Origin: an uncultured Gemmatimonadales bacterium | GTDB lineage: Bacteria; Gemmatimonadota; Gemmatimonadetes; Longimicrobiales; RSA9 | Assembly (NCBI GenBank): GCA_963783305.1 | Contig: CAWAMW010000016.1 | Location: forward strand, 224,001-288,000 | Direction: 5' to 3' | DNA: 64,000 nucleotides | In this document: positions 1 through 9,500 of the stretch, piece after piece | Layout: every line of letters starts with the position of its first letter | Position numbering within the stretch: position 1 is the first letter of the stretch | The notes under the pieces: model-generated | The model's input: only the letters and a program-made list of their open reading frames with translations | Told to the model about the DNA's origin: nothing | Database searches by the model: none | Program-made: the position numbers and the translations under genes

Positions 1-1
1 C

Positions 2-1339
2 GTGCGCAACATCCTGGACTTCGAGCACCACTTCCCGGGCGCGAAGGTCATCCAGCTGGTGCAGAATTACCGCAGCACCAAGCGGATCCTGGCGGCCGCC
101 AACGCCATCATCGCCGCCAACCCGCACCGTCACGAGAAGACGCTCCGGACGGACAACCCCATCGGCGAGCTCATCGACGTCTACGAGCACCAGGACGAGG
201 TGCTCGAGGCGGAGACCGTCGCCAAGGAGATCGGGCTCCGGCGTTACCGCCACGGCACGAAGTGGAACGACTACGCCGTCCTCTACCGCACCAACGTGCA
301 GTCGCGGGCGCTGGAGGAGGCCATGCGCGAGAAGGGTGTGCCCTACCGGGTCGTCGGGAGCACAGGGTTCTTCGATCGGAAGGAGATCGCCGACGCCGTG
401 GCGTACCTCCGCGCCGTGGCGCACCCCACCGACGAGATCGCCGTGCGCCGCATCATCAACTTCCCGACTCGCGGCATCGGCCGCACCACCGTGATGCGCG
501 TGGCCGACCTGGCGCGTGAACGGGGGCAGGGCTTCTGCAAGGTCCTCCGGCAGGTCACGGACGACGACGTGGGCGCGGCCCAGGCCCGGTCCATCACTGC
601 CTTCGATGAGATCCTCGACCACGCCCGGCGCGGGCTCCGGAAAGCCGAGGAGCATACCGCCACCTACCCGCCCGGGTCGAAGCTGACCCCCATCGCCGAG
701 TGGGCCCTCGACTTCTTCCGCGATGGCTGCGGCCTCATCGACGCCATCGCCGACGAGGAGCACCGCGTCTGGAACGTCAAGGACCTCGTCGGCTCCCTCT
801 CCCGCTACGAGCGGAAGCGCTGGACGGAGCGGCCCGACGCAGAACAGGCCTACGAGGGCCGCCCCGCCCTCGCCCCCGAGGGCTGGGACCCGCCCACCCT
901 CCACGACGGCCTCGCCCGCCTCGCCCTCGACCAGGAGGATGACGAGGACGACGACGAGGATCTCGACGCCGTCGTCCTGATGACCCTCCACTCCGCCAAG
1001 GGTCTCGAGTTCGAGGAGGTGTTCCTCGTGGGCCTCGAGGAGGGGATCCTCCCGCACAGCCGCTCCATCGCCGAGGCCGCGCCGGGCGACCCGCTGGCGG
1101 AGGAGCGACGCCTCCTGTATGTGGGATTCACCCGCGCTCGAAAGCGCCTGACGCTGTCACGCGCCCTCACGCGCAAGCGAGGCGGAGAGGCGAGCGAGAC
1201 GCTGCCCTCGCGCTACCTCGACGACCTCCCCGACGACCACATCAACCTCAAGTCCGCCGACGCCATCCTCAGCCCAGAGGAGTCCGCCGAGCTCAAGAAG
1301 AACTTCTTCAGGGACATGAAGGAGATGCTGGGGGACTGA
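2..1339 (+). CDS. ATP-dependent DNA helicase UvrD/Rep/PcrA family, 5'-truncated by window edge
   Basis: SF1A motifs QNYRST, AVLYRTN, RIINFPTRGIG, LMTLHSAKGLEF, EERRLLYVGFTRA. Confidence 0.95.
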   Translation: MRNILDFEHHFPGAKVIQLVQNYRSTKRILAAANAIIAANPHRHEKTLRTDNPIGELIDVYEHQDEVLEAETVAKEIGLRRYRHGTKWNDYAVLYRTNVQSRALEEAMREKGVPYRVVGSTGFFDRKEIADAVAYLRAVAHPTDEIAVRRIINFPTRGIGRTTVMRVADLARERGQGFCKVLRQVTDDDVGAAQARSITAFDEILDHARRGLRKAEEHTATYPPGSKLTPIAEWALDFFRDGCGLIDAIADEEHRVWNVKDLVGSLSRYERKRWTERPDAEQAYEGRPALAPEGWDPPTLHDGLARLALDQEDDEDDDEDLDAVVLMTLHSAKGLEFEEVFLVGLEEGILPHSRSIAEAAPGDPLAEERRLLYVGFTRARKRLTLSRALTRKRGGEASETLPSRYLDDLPDDHINLKSADAILSPEESAELKKNFFRDMKEMLGD

Positions 1340-1723
1340 CTACCCGGGGTAGTGGAGAAGTGGCACCGTTGCGAGAGATCGACTGTCGCGTCCCCCGCCG
1401 ATCGCCCTCTGGAAGGGCCGCGTCACAACTCGGGATCTCCCAGGAGGTGTGCCCGTTTCCCCGAAAGTTCTCGAAGCCGGCCTCTGAACCGGCGTTCGTC
1501 GCGCGCGGACCGGGTGAGCCCCCGTTGCCTCGAGACAAGTCAGCCCCACGTCAGACTCGCCGCTCAACTCCCTGTCGCGCCATGCGTTGGCCTCGCGGCC
1601 GAAGCCGCGCCGGTCAAGTCAGGGCCCGGTCAGGACCACTCGCCAGATTTCGAGGTGCGCCTGCAGACCCGCGCCGTGCAGCCTGCCCGGCCGGCGGCGA
1701 GCGCCCACCCTCTGGAGGTGATC

Positions 1724-3349
1724 ATGGCTAAACCTGTCGCGCGCCGCGCGTTCTTGCTGCCGCTCGGCGGTCTTCTGCTTCTTTCGCTCGGCGGCTGTCT
1801 CGACCGCGAGCTGTCCACCGCGCCGGCACTCGAGAAGCCTGCTTTCGCATTCTCCATGAACGGCCCGGTAGTCACCAACCTCGGCGACGCCGGCGACGGC
1901 ACATGCAACGCCACCTCCTGCACGCTGCGCGGCGCCGTATGCCGCGGCCAAGTCTGGCAGACGATCCGGTCGCGGACCCTGACCGGCACGGTCGTGCTCA
2001 CGCAGGGCTAACTGTACATCGACCGAAACCTCAGCATCCTGGGGCCCGGCGCCCACCTGCTGACGGTCGACGCGAGTCAGACGGAAGACGGTATGTCCTC
2101 GAGCGTGTTCCGCATCAGCTACGCGACCGTGCTCCTCGCCAACCTCACCATCACGGGCGGGCACCCCTGGAACGAAGGGGGCGGCATCCACGTCAACGGC
2201 GGCGAGCTACAGCTCAACCGGAGCGTTGTGACCGGCAACACCACCGGGCAGATGGGCGGCGGGATTTTCAGTAACAACAGTAAGGTCCTGATCTCGCGCT
2301 CCACGATCATGAACAACGTCTCGGGCTCCAGCGGGGCCGGGATCCAAACCGGGGGGTCCGGCAGCACGCTCACCGTGGAGCAGAGCACGGTCAGCGGCAA
2401 CGTCAGCAACTACTATGGGGGCGGGCTCGCGTCAGACTGGGCTCCGATGACGATAGTCGAGTCCACCGTCAGCGGGAACACCGCCGCGTACGGGGGCGGC
2501 GGCATCCAATGCAACGGACCCGGCAGCACGATCATCAACAGCACCATCTCCGGCAACGCGGCACAGAGCTATGGCGGCGGCGGTGGCATCAGGGCGGTGG
2601 CTTGCCAGGTCCAGGTCAGCCACAGCACGATCGTGAACAACTCTGCTATCCAGGGTGGCGGCGGCATACACGCGTCCGATCACCCCGAGACGAACGTCAC
2701 CATCAGGAACAGCATCATCTGGTGGAATGATAACGCAGGGGAACCGGATGACGTCGCCTCGGAGAACCAGGCCCCCCGCTTCACCAGCCTGGGCTACAAC
2801 ATGGTGGGCGTCGTGGGCGCGGGGAACGCCTTCGCCGAGACCGGGGACCAGGTCGGCGGGGCCGACCCGCAGCTGGGCGTGCTGGAGCTGGAGACACCCG
2901 CGCTGACGGCCACGCACGCGCTACTCGAGAACAGCCCGGCCATCGATGCCGGCGCGTGCACCGACGCCGCCGGCGCCACCGTGTTCGGCGACCAGCGCGG
3001 CATGGCCCGTCCGCAGGGCGCCTCTTGCGACATTGGCGCATACGAACGCGAGCTGGTGGCGCCGCCGCCGCCGTCGGCGTTCGCCTGCACGCTCGAGCGC
3101 AACCCGAAGAACGGCCAGCTCGCGGTGCAGGTCAGCTGGGTCAACGCCGACCCTGGCGTCACCCTGATCCAGGTGGTGGATGGGCGCACGGTCACTAAGC
3201 AGATGGCGCCGTCGGCCAACGGCACGTGGACCACGGGCATCAAGACTGCGAGCGATATCGTGACGTTCGGGGTCTGGGGCGGTTTCAGCCGGAAGGACGC
3301 GACGGTCGAGCTGGTCGCGGCCGGGACGTCGTGCACGCTGCTCCAGTAG
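1724..3349 (+). pseudogene. CSLREA-like / choice-of-anchor Q beta-helix surface lipoprotein, interrupted by in-frame TAA at 2009-2011
   Basis: GGAGG RBS before ATG 1724; lipobox LSLGGC; CTLRGA (CSLREA-like); repeated GGGI...STVSGN units; C-terminal SPAIDAG...DQRG..R....CDIGAYE. ORFs 1352..2011 and 2093..3349 share one frame. Confidence 0.8.
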
Positions 3350-3430
3350 CGGTTCAGTGGAGTTGCGGGGCCGCGCCGGGCGGCCCCGCTGCGGCAGACT
3401 GCGCTACGGGCAGATCGCGCAATGGGAGAG

Positions 3431-3460
3431 TTGCGTCCGGACCACGGGAGCCGGTATCCT
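3431..3460 (+). promoter_or_regulatory. Possible sigma70 promoter of the SARP regulator
   Basis: TTGCGT-18 nt-TATCCT about 60 nt upstream of GTG 3523. Confidence 0.3.
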
Positions 3461-3522
3461 GAAAAGAGGGGCTGCGCGCGTGCGCCACCCGGCGCGCGGC
3501 GTGGCTCCGGAAACGCGCGACC

Positions 3523-4314
3523 GTGCTGCACCTGCAAACCCTAGGGAAGCTGGAGTTGCGGAATTCCGGCGGCGCCAGTCTGGACGTACTCCTCGCCCAG
3601 CCGCGGAGCACGGCCCTACTCATCTACCTGCTCCTGGCGCGGCCGCGCGGCTTCGTACCCCGCGACCTCCTCTGCGCCCTGTTCTGGCCGGACGCCGACG
3701 AGGAGCATGCCCGCGGGGCGCTCAGCCAGGCGCTGACGCGGATCCGGCGTGCCACCGGCGCCGGCATCATTCAGCTGCGCGGTTGGAACGAGGTGAGCGT
3801 CGCGCCCCAGGGCGTGCGCTGCGACGTGCTGGCGTTCGAGGCCGCCATCAATGCCGGTGACCACGCCGCCGCTCTCGATCTCTACCGCGGCCCCTTCCTG
3901 AACGGCTTCCACGCCCGGGACATGTCCGGGTTTGAGCGCTGGGCCGAGCTCGAGCGCGACCGCCTGTGCTCGCTCGCGGCCATCGCGGCACGCACGCTCG
4001 CGCTGGAACAAGTCGAAGCCGGACAGTTGGGGGAGGCGGAGGCCGCAGCCGCGCACGCCCTCGCACTCGCACCCGAGCGCGAGTACGTGGCGCTGGAGCT
4101 GGCCCGCGCGCTCGCGGTGGCCGGCGACCGGCTCGGCGCGCTGCGCCTGCTGGACACCTGGAGCGAGAATCTCCAGCGCGACCTGGAGCTGGAGGCGTCG
4201 GACGAAATCCACGACCTGGCCCGAGAGATCCGCGCGGTCGCGGCCCACCCTCCGCCTGTCGAGGAAGTAGAGGTGGAAGACGGCGCCGCATTCGTCGAGG
4301 CGGTGGCGCACTAG
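3523..4314 (+). CDS. SARP-family regulator, wHTH + BTAD part; N-terminal half of a gene split by TAG
   Basis: LQTLGKLEL, ALLIYLLL, RDLLCALFWPD, ALSQALTRIR, LDLYRGPFLNGF, FERWAELER are typical AfsR/SARP-BTAD motifs. Confidence 0.9.
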   Translation: MLHLQTLGKLELRNSGGASLDVLLAQPRSTALLIYLLLARPRGFVPRDLLCALFWPDADEEHARGALSQALTRIRRATGAGIIQLRGWNEVSVAPQGVRCDVLAFEAAINAGDHAAALDLYRGPFLNGFHARDMSGFERWAELERDRLCSLAAIAARTLALEQVEAGQLGEAEAAAAHALALAPEREYVALELARALAVAGDRLGALRLLDTWSENLQRDLELEASDEIHDLAREIRAVAAHPPPVEEVEVEDGAAFVEAVAH

Positions 4315-4347
4315 GTTGCGACGTCGGCGCCCGCGGACGACGGGCCC

Positions 4348-6408
4348 GTGGCACCTCCGCGCCCGCCGCGTACCCCCTCGGGGTGGCTGCGCCGCAGCAT
4401 GGGCGCCGTAACCCTCGCCGGTATGGTGCTGCTGGTGGGCACCTGGGTGCTGGTGCAGATCGGGCTGCTCGGGGCGGCCTTTCCGGTGACCGCCAGTGGG
4501 CGTCAGGCCGGCGGGATCGCTACGCAGGACTGGCTGCTCGTGGCTGATTTCGAGAGCCCCTCCACCGATCCGGCGCTGGCGCTGGCCGTCCAGACGCTGC
4601 TGGTGCGCGACCTCGAGTCCGCGGGCTATGCGAGGGTCGTGGGCGGCTTCGGTGCGATGAGCCGCCGCGGGCTGGAGGACGTGCTCGCCCGCGTGCGCCT
4701 GCCACCTGAATCCCGCGTCGATGCGGACCTCGCCTGCGACCTGGCCGAGCGCGAGGGCGCGGCAGGGGTGCTGGCGGGGCGGGTGCTGCCACTCGGCGGC
4801 GAGTACGTCGTCGTCGCCTCCATCCTGGAGGTGCCAGGGTGCGTCGAGTTGATCCGCGCGAGCGCATCCGCGCCCCTCGAGAAGCTCACGGCGGCGGTGA
4901 CCGGGGTGTCCCGCGAGCTGCGCACCCGCCTGGGCGAATCGCGGGCGAGCATCCGGGGTAGCCCGCCCCTTCCGCCGATCACGGCCCGTTACGTCCAGGC
5001 GCTGCGTGCGGTCTCGCGCTACGTGTCGACACCGGCTCTGTGGGATGACCCGCGCGACGGGGCGGCGCCGCTGCTGGAAGCGATCCGCACCGATCCGGAG
5101 CTCGCGTTCGCGCACTTCCTGCTCGCGCTGCACTACCAGCGGCTGGGCGATTACCAGCGCGCCGTACCGCACATCCTCCGTGCCCACGAGCTGCGCGCGC
5201 AGTTGCCGCGTCCCGGCCAGCTCGGCATGGAGGCCATTTACCAGCGCTACATCGCTTCCAATCCGGACGCCGCCATGGCCACGGTGCAGGGGCTCGTGGT
5301 CGCCTATCCCGCGCTCGCCGACGCCACCATGCCCTTCCTCGCCGATGCGGCGCTCTGGACCGGTGAGTGGCAGCGCGCGCTCGATGTTGCGCTCGCCTAT
5401 CTCGATCGCGAGCCCACCGGCCTCGGTGCCCACCTGGGGTATAGCCGCGCCGCGGCCGCCGCGTGGGCGCTCGGGCGCACGGCCTTGGCGGATAGCCTGT
5501 ATGAAGCCGACGCGCGCCTGCGGCGCCGCGCGGGCCTCGCACCCGACCGGACCGAAGCTCTGCTGCGGCTGCTGCGATTGCACGACTGGACTGGTGCAGA
5601 GGCGCTCTGCGCGCTCCAGCCGGAGTGGGATCGCTGCGCCTGGGTGTACCTCGCTCGCGGCCGCCTCGACGCGGCGGCGCACGCCCTCGCCGCCGTGCGC
5701 GCCGATACCGCCATGTCGCACCCGTGGCGCCGCGCCGCAGCGACGGCCGCACTCGCGCACACCGAGGCTCAGCGCGGCCGGCCCGACCGCGCCTGGACGG
5801 TGCTGGCGGCTGCCGACCACGCCATGCCCATGACCGGACTCGCCCGCGCGGGCACGCACCTGAGCCGCTTCCTGCTCTGCGCCGCCGCCGCGGAAATCGA
5901 GCGCAGTACGGACCTGGGCGAGTGCAACATCGAGAGCGAAAATCCGGCGACCTGGGACGCGGACCCATCCTTCACGGTGCTGCTGCGGAGCGGGGCCTGG
6001 AGCCGGCGTCTGCTGGCGGTGCGCTCGCTCGAGCGAGGTGACGCGGCGAGGGCGCTGTCGCAAATGCGCGATGCCGTGCGCAGCAACTTCGACAACCCCG
6101 CCGCGCTCGATCACCTGCTGCTGGCGCGAGCCTTCGACGCCCTGGCGAACCCCGACTCGGCACTCGCCCACTACATTGCCGCCACGCGCATCGAGCGCGA
6201 CTGCTGTTTCCCGACCGCCGCCGCCATCGCCCTCCCGCTCGCGCCTGTATACCGCCGCATCGGCGAGTTGGCGGAGAGCCGCGGCGATGCGACGACGGCG
6301 CACCACTACTACGGCGCGTTCGTCGAGCTCTGGGCGGACGCGGACCCGGAGCTGCAGCCGCAGGTGACGGACGTGCGCGCGCGGCTCGAGCGGCTGGGAA
6401 CACCCTGA
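4348..6408 (+). CDS. Membrane-anchored TolB-N-like/TPR sensor part; in-frame continuation of the SARP gene
   Basis: Same frame as 3523..4314; TM helix, LLVADFE motif, TPR-like helices, C-terminal FVELWADADPELQP tail. Confidence 0.75.
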   Translation: MAPPRPPRTPSGWLRRSMGAVTLAGMVLLVGTWVLVQIGLLGAAFPVTASGRQAGGIATQDWLLVADFESPSTDPALALAVQTLLVRDLESAGYARVVGGFGAMSRRGLEDVLARVRLPPESRVDADLACDLAEREGAAGVLAGRVLPLGGEYVVVASILEVPGCVELIRASASAPLEKLTAAVTGVSRELRTRLGESRASIRGSPPLPPITARYVQALRAVSRYVSTPALWDDPRDGAAPLLEAIRTDPELAFAHFLLALHYQRLGDYQRAVPHILRAHELRAQLPRPGQLGMEAIYQRYIASNPDAAMATVQGLVVAYPALADATMPFLADAALWTGEWQRALDVALAYLDREPTGLGAHLGYSRAAAAAWALGRTALADSLYEADARLRRRAGLAPDRTEALLRLLRLHDWTGAEALCALQPEWDRCAWVYLARGRLDAAAHALAAVRADTAMSHPWRRAAATAALAHTEAQRGRPDRAWTVLAAADHAMPMTGLARAGTHLSRFLLCAAAAEIERSTDLGECNIESENPATWDADPSFTVLLRSGAWSRRLLAVRSLERGDAARALSQMRDAVRSNFDNPAALDHLLLARAFDALANPDSALAHYIAATRIERDCCFPTAAAIALPLAPVYRRIGELAESRGDATTAHHYYGAFVELWADADPELQPQVTDVRARLERLGTP

Positions 6409-6559
6409 GCGGAGTGCATTGCGAACGCCCCGTGCTTCGAAAAGACGACGACCTGCGTGAGGCCAGGCAGCCGGTGGACCGCTCTTCGCGGCGAGAGGAC
6501 GCGTCACAGATTGACGTCACGAAGACGACCCGTTGTCGCAGGTTCGCTGACCGCGGTAG

Positions 6560-9500
6560 CTAGAACGGCGCCGGGAGGCGGACGAGCACCGGGTGCTCCC
6601 GCCCGTCGTCCACCAGGGGGATCTCCGGGCCATCGAGCACACGCCCGTCCAGCGTCACCTCGGCCCGGGTACCGTCGCCGAACCTGCCGGGCTCTTCCAC
6701 GACGATCGTGTACAACGCCGTGCCGAAGCGGTAGTCGATGGTCAGTTCCGGCCAGTCGAGCGGGACGCGCGGCGCGATGCGCAGCACGTCACCGCGTCGG
6801 TCGAAGCCGAGGATGGCCTCGAGGCCGACCCGGTACATCCAGCCCGCGGCTCCGGTGTACCAGGTCCAGCCGCCCCGGCCGACGTGTCCGGGCGCGGTAT
6901 AGACATCCGCCGCGATGACGTAGGGCTCGACCTTGTAGGTGGCGATCTCGTCCGGGGTCCGGGTGCGCAGCAGTGGATTGAGCATCTGGAACAGCTCGAA
7001 CGCGCGGCCGCCTCTGCCCGAGCGCGCGGTGGCGAGGACGGCCCAGGCGGCGGCGTGCGTGTACTGGGCGCCGTTCTCCCGCACGCCGGGCACGTACCCC
7101 TTGATGTACCCGGGATCGTTCGGCGATTCATCGAACGGGGGCGTGAGGAGCCGGATGAGCCGGGCGTCCTCGTCCACCAGGTGCTCCTCGAGTGCGCGCA
7201 TGGCGCGGGCCTGGCGCTCCGGCGCGCCGGCACCAGAGATCACGCTCCAGCTCTGCGCGATGGAGTCGATGCGGCATTCGTCGTTTCGGCTGGAGCCGAG
7301 CGGTGTGCCGTCGTCAAAGAACGCCCGCAGGTACCAGGCGCCGTCCCAGCCGTGGGTCTCCGCAGCCGCCACGTACGCATCGGCCTGGCCGCGCAGTTCG
7401 CCGGCGACGTCGTCATCGCCGTGCTCCGCGGCGCGGATGGCGAACGAGCGCAGGGTCGCGATGAGGAACCACGCGAGCCATACGCTCTCGCCGCGCCCCT
7501 CCACGCCGACCCGGTTCATCCCGTCGTTCCAGTCGCCCGTGCCGATCAGGGGCAGGCCGTGGGGGCCGGACGTGCACGCGCGCCGGAGGGCGCGCAGGCA
7601 GTGCTCGTAGACGCTGCCGTGCTCGTCGCTGATGCCGGGCAGGTCGTAGATCTCGTCCTCGCCCGGCTCGAGCGGGCGCATGGTCAGGAATGGTACGTAC
7701 TCGTCGAGCACCGAGGCGTCGCCGGTCCGGGTCACGTACTCGTCGACGACCCAGGGCAGCCAGGCCAGGTCGTCGGAGAAGCGGGTGCGCACGCCGGCGC
7801 CCGTGTGCGGGTGCCACCAGTGCTGGACGTCGCCCTCGAGGAACTGGCGGGCGGCGGCGCGCAGGATGTGGCCACGCGCCAGCGCCGGCTCGGCATGGAC
7901 GACGGCAAGCGAGTCCTGGAGCTGGTCGCGGAAGCCGTAGGCGCCGCTGCTCTGATAGAGAGCGGATCGCGCCCACATTCGGCAGCTCAGCGTCTGGTAA
8001 GGCAGCCAGCGGTTGAGCAGCGCGTCGAACGCCGGGTCAGGCGTACGGATGGTGATGACCGAAAGGCGCCGACGCCACTGCTCGACGGTGCGACCGGCCG
8101 CCGCCTTGGCGTCGTCGAGGCTGCGGAATCGGGTCACGAGTCGGCGTGCTTCCACCTCAGTGCCGGCCGCGCCGAGGGACACGACCACCTCGCGGGACTC
8201 GCCGGGAGCAAGCACGAGGACGCACTGGAGCGCGGCACACGGGTCGAGACCGGCGCCGGTCGCCCCCGAGAGATCGCGGCCCCGGAGTGCGGCGGGCCCC
8301 TGCACACTCCCGTTCCGTCCGAGGAAAGCGCGGCGATCCCCCGTGTGACCGGTCACTGGCTCGCTCAGCGCGCAGAACGCGACGTGCTCGTTGAACTGCG
8401 GGTCGAAGTGGTTGCGGGCGAAGACCGCGCCGAGCTCGGGCTCGAACGCGGTGTGCACGTGGTGCTGCGTGCGCTCGCGCTGCGCGCCGAGCGTCCATTC
8501 CACGTACGCGGTCAGCCGGATACGGCGCTCGACGGCGTCGCGATTCGTGACCCGAAGCACCGACAGCCGCACCGGTTCGTCGTCGGCCATGCCGAGCGTG
8601 AGGCGGGTGGCGATGCCGTTTCGCTCGGCCTCGAAGACCGACGCGCCGGCGCGGTGCCGGACGGTGTACTCGGTGTCGTGCCCGAGCGGCGCGGGCGTGG
8701 CGCTCCACGTATCGCCGGACGCCTCGTCCTGGAGGTAGAGAACGTCGGAGATCGGGTCGCTGACCGGATCGTTGTGCCACGGCGTGAGGCGGAAGAAGTA
8801 GCTGTTCTCCACCCAGGTGCAGCCCGCCCCGCGCTCGCTGACGATGAACCCGCCGCGCTCGTGGGCGACGACGTTGACCCACGGCGCGGGCGGCACGGCG
8901 TCGCCCGCGACCCGGATCACATAGTCTCCGGTGGCGTCGAGCCCGCCCGTTCCGTTGTCGAACATGAGCCCCGCGCCGTCTGGCTCGACGTGGCGCCCGG
9001 CCGGTCGGGCCGCGGCCACGGCAGCAGGGGGCCGCCCTGCGGGCTCCTGCTGCGGTGAGTCCCCCAGGGCCGGGACGGGGCTGCGGATGTGCGTCCAGCG
9101 CTCGAGGGCGGACAGGGGCGCGGGCTGGCGCTCGAGGCCCCGCGGCGTTGCCGCCGGCGACACGGGGTCGGCGAAGCCGGCTGCCTGCCCCATGATCACC
9201 TCGTCGAGATGCGTGAGCGACCGCCCATCGCACGGGAGGATGAGCCGGGCCGTGGCGCGCAGCATGAGCAGCGTCTCCGCGTCCAGCGACTCAACGTTGC
9301 GGAGGAAGACTCCGCCGGGCCGATCGAGCTCCGTGCCGCCGATGCCGAAGAGCGTCTCCATGATCCGGTCCTGCAGCTCCTTCAGGTAGGACGTGGGCTG
9401 CGCGAACAGGACGACCAGGTCCACGACGAGGCCGCGGCGGCGCCAGAACTGGTGCGCGGCCCCGACCTGTCGTAGCGTCGGCAGCCCGTCCGCTCCATCG

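Noticed and set aside
2009..4314. Alternative genetic code explaining the in-frame stops
   Set aside because: The two stops differ (TAA and TAG) and both codons terminate ordinary genes elsewhere in the window
3616..6507. 963-aa minus-strand ORF
   Set aside because: Antisense shadow of the SARP/TPR gene; Arg/Gly/Ala-rich with no motifs, as expected in high-GC DNA
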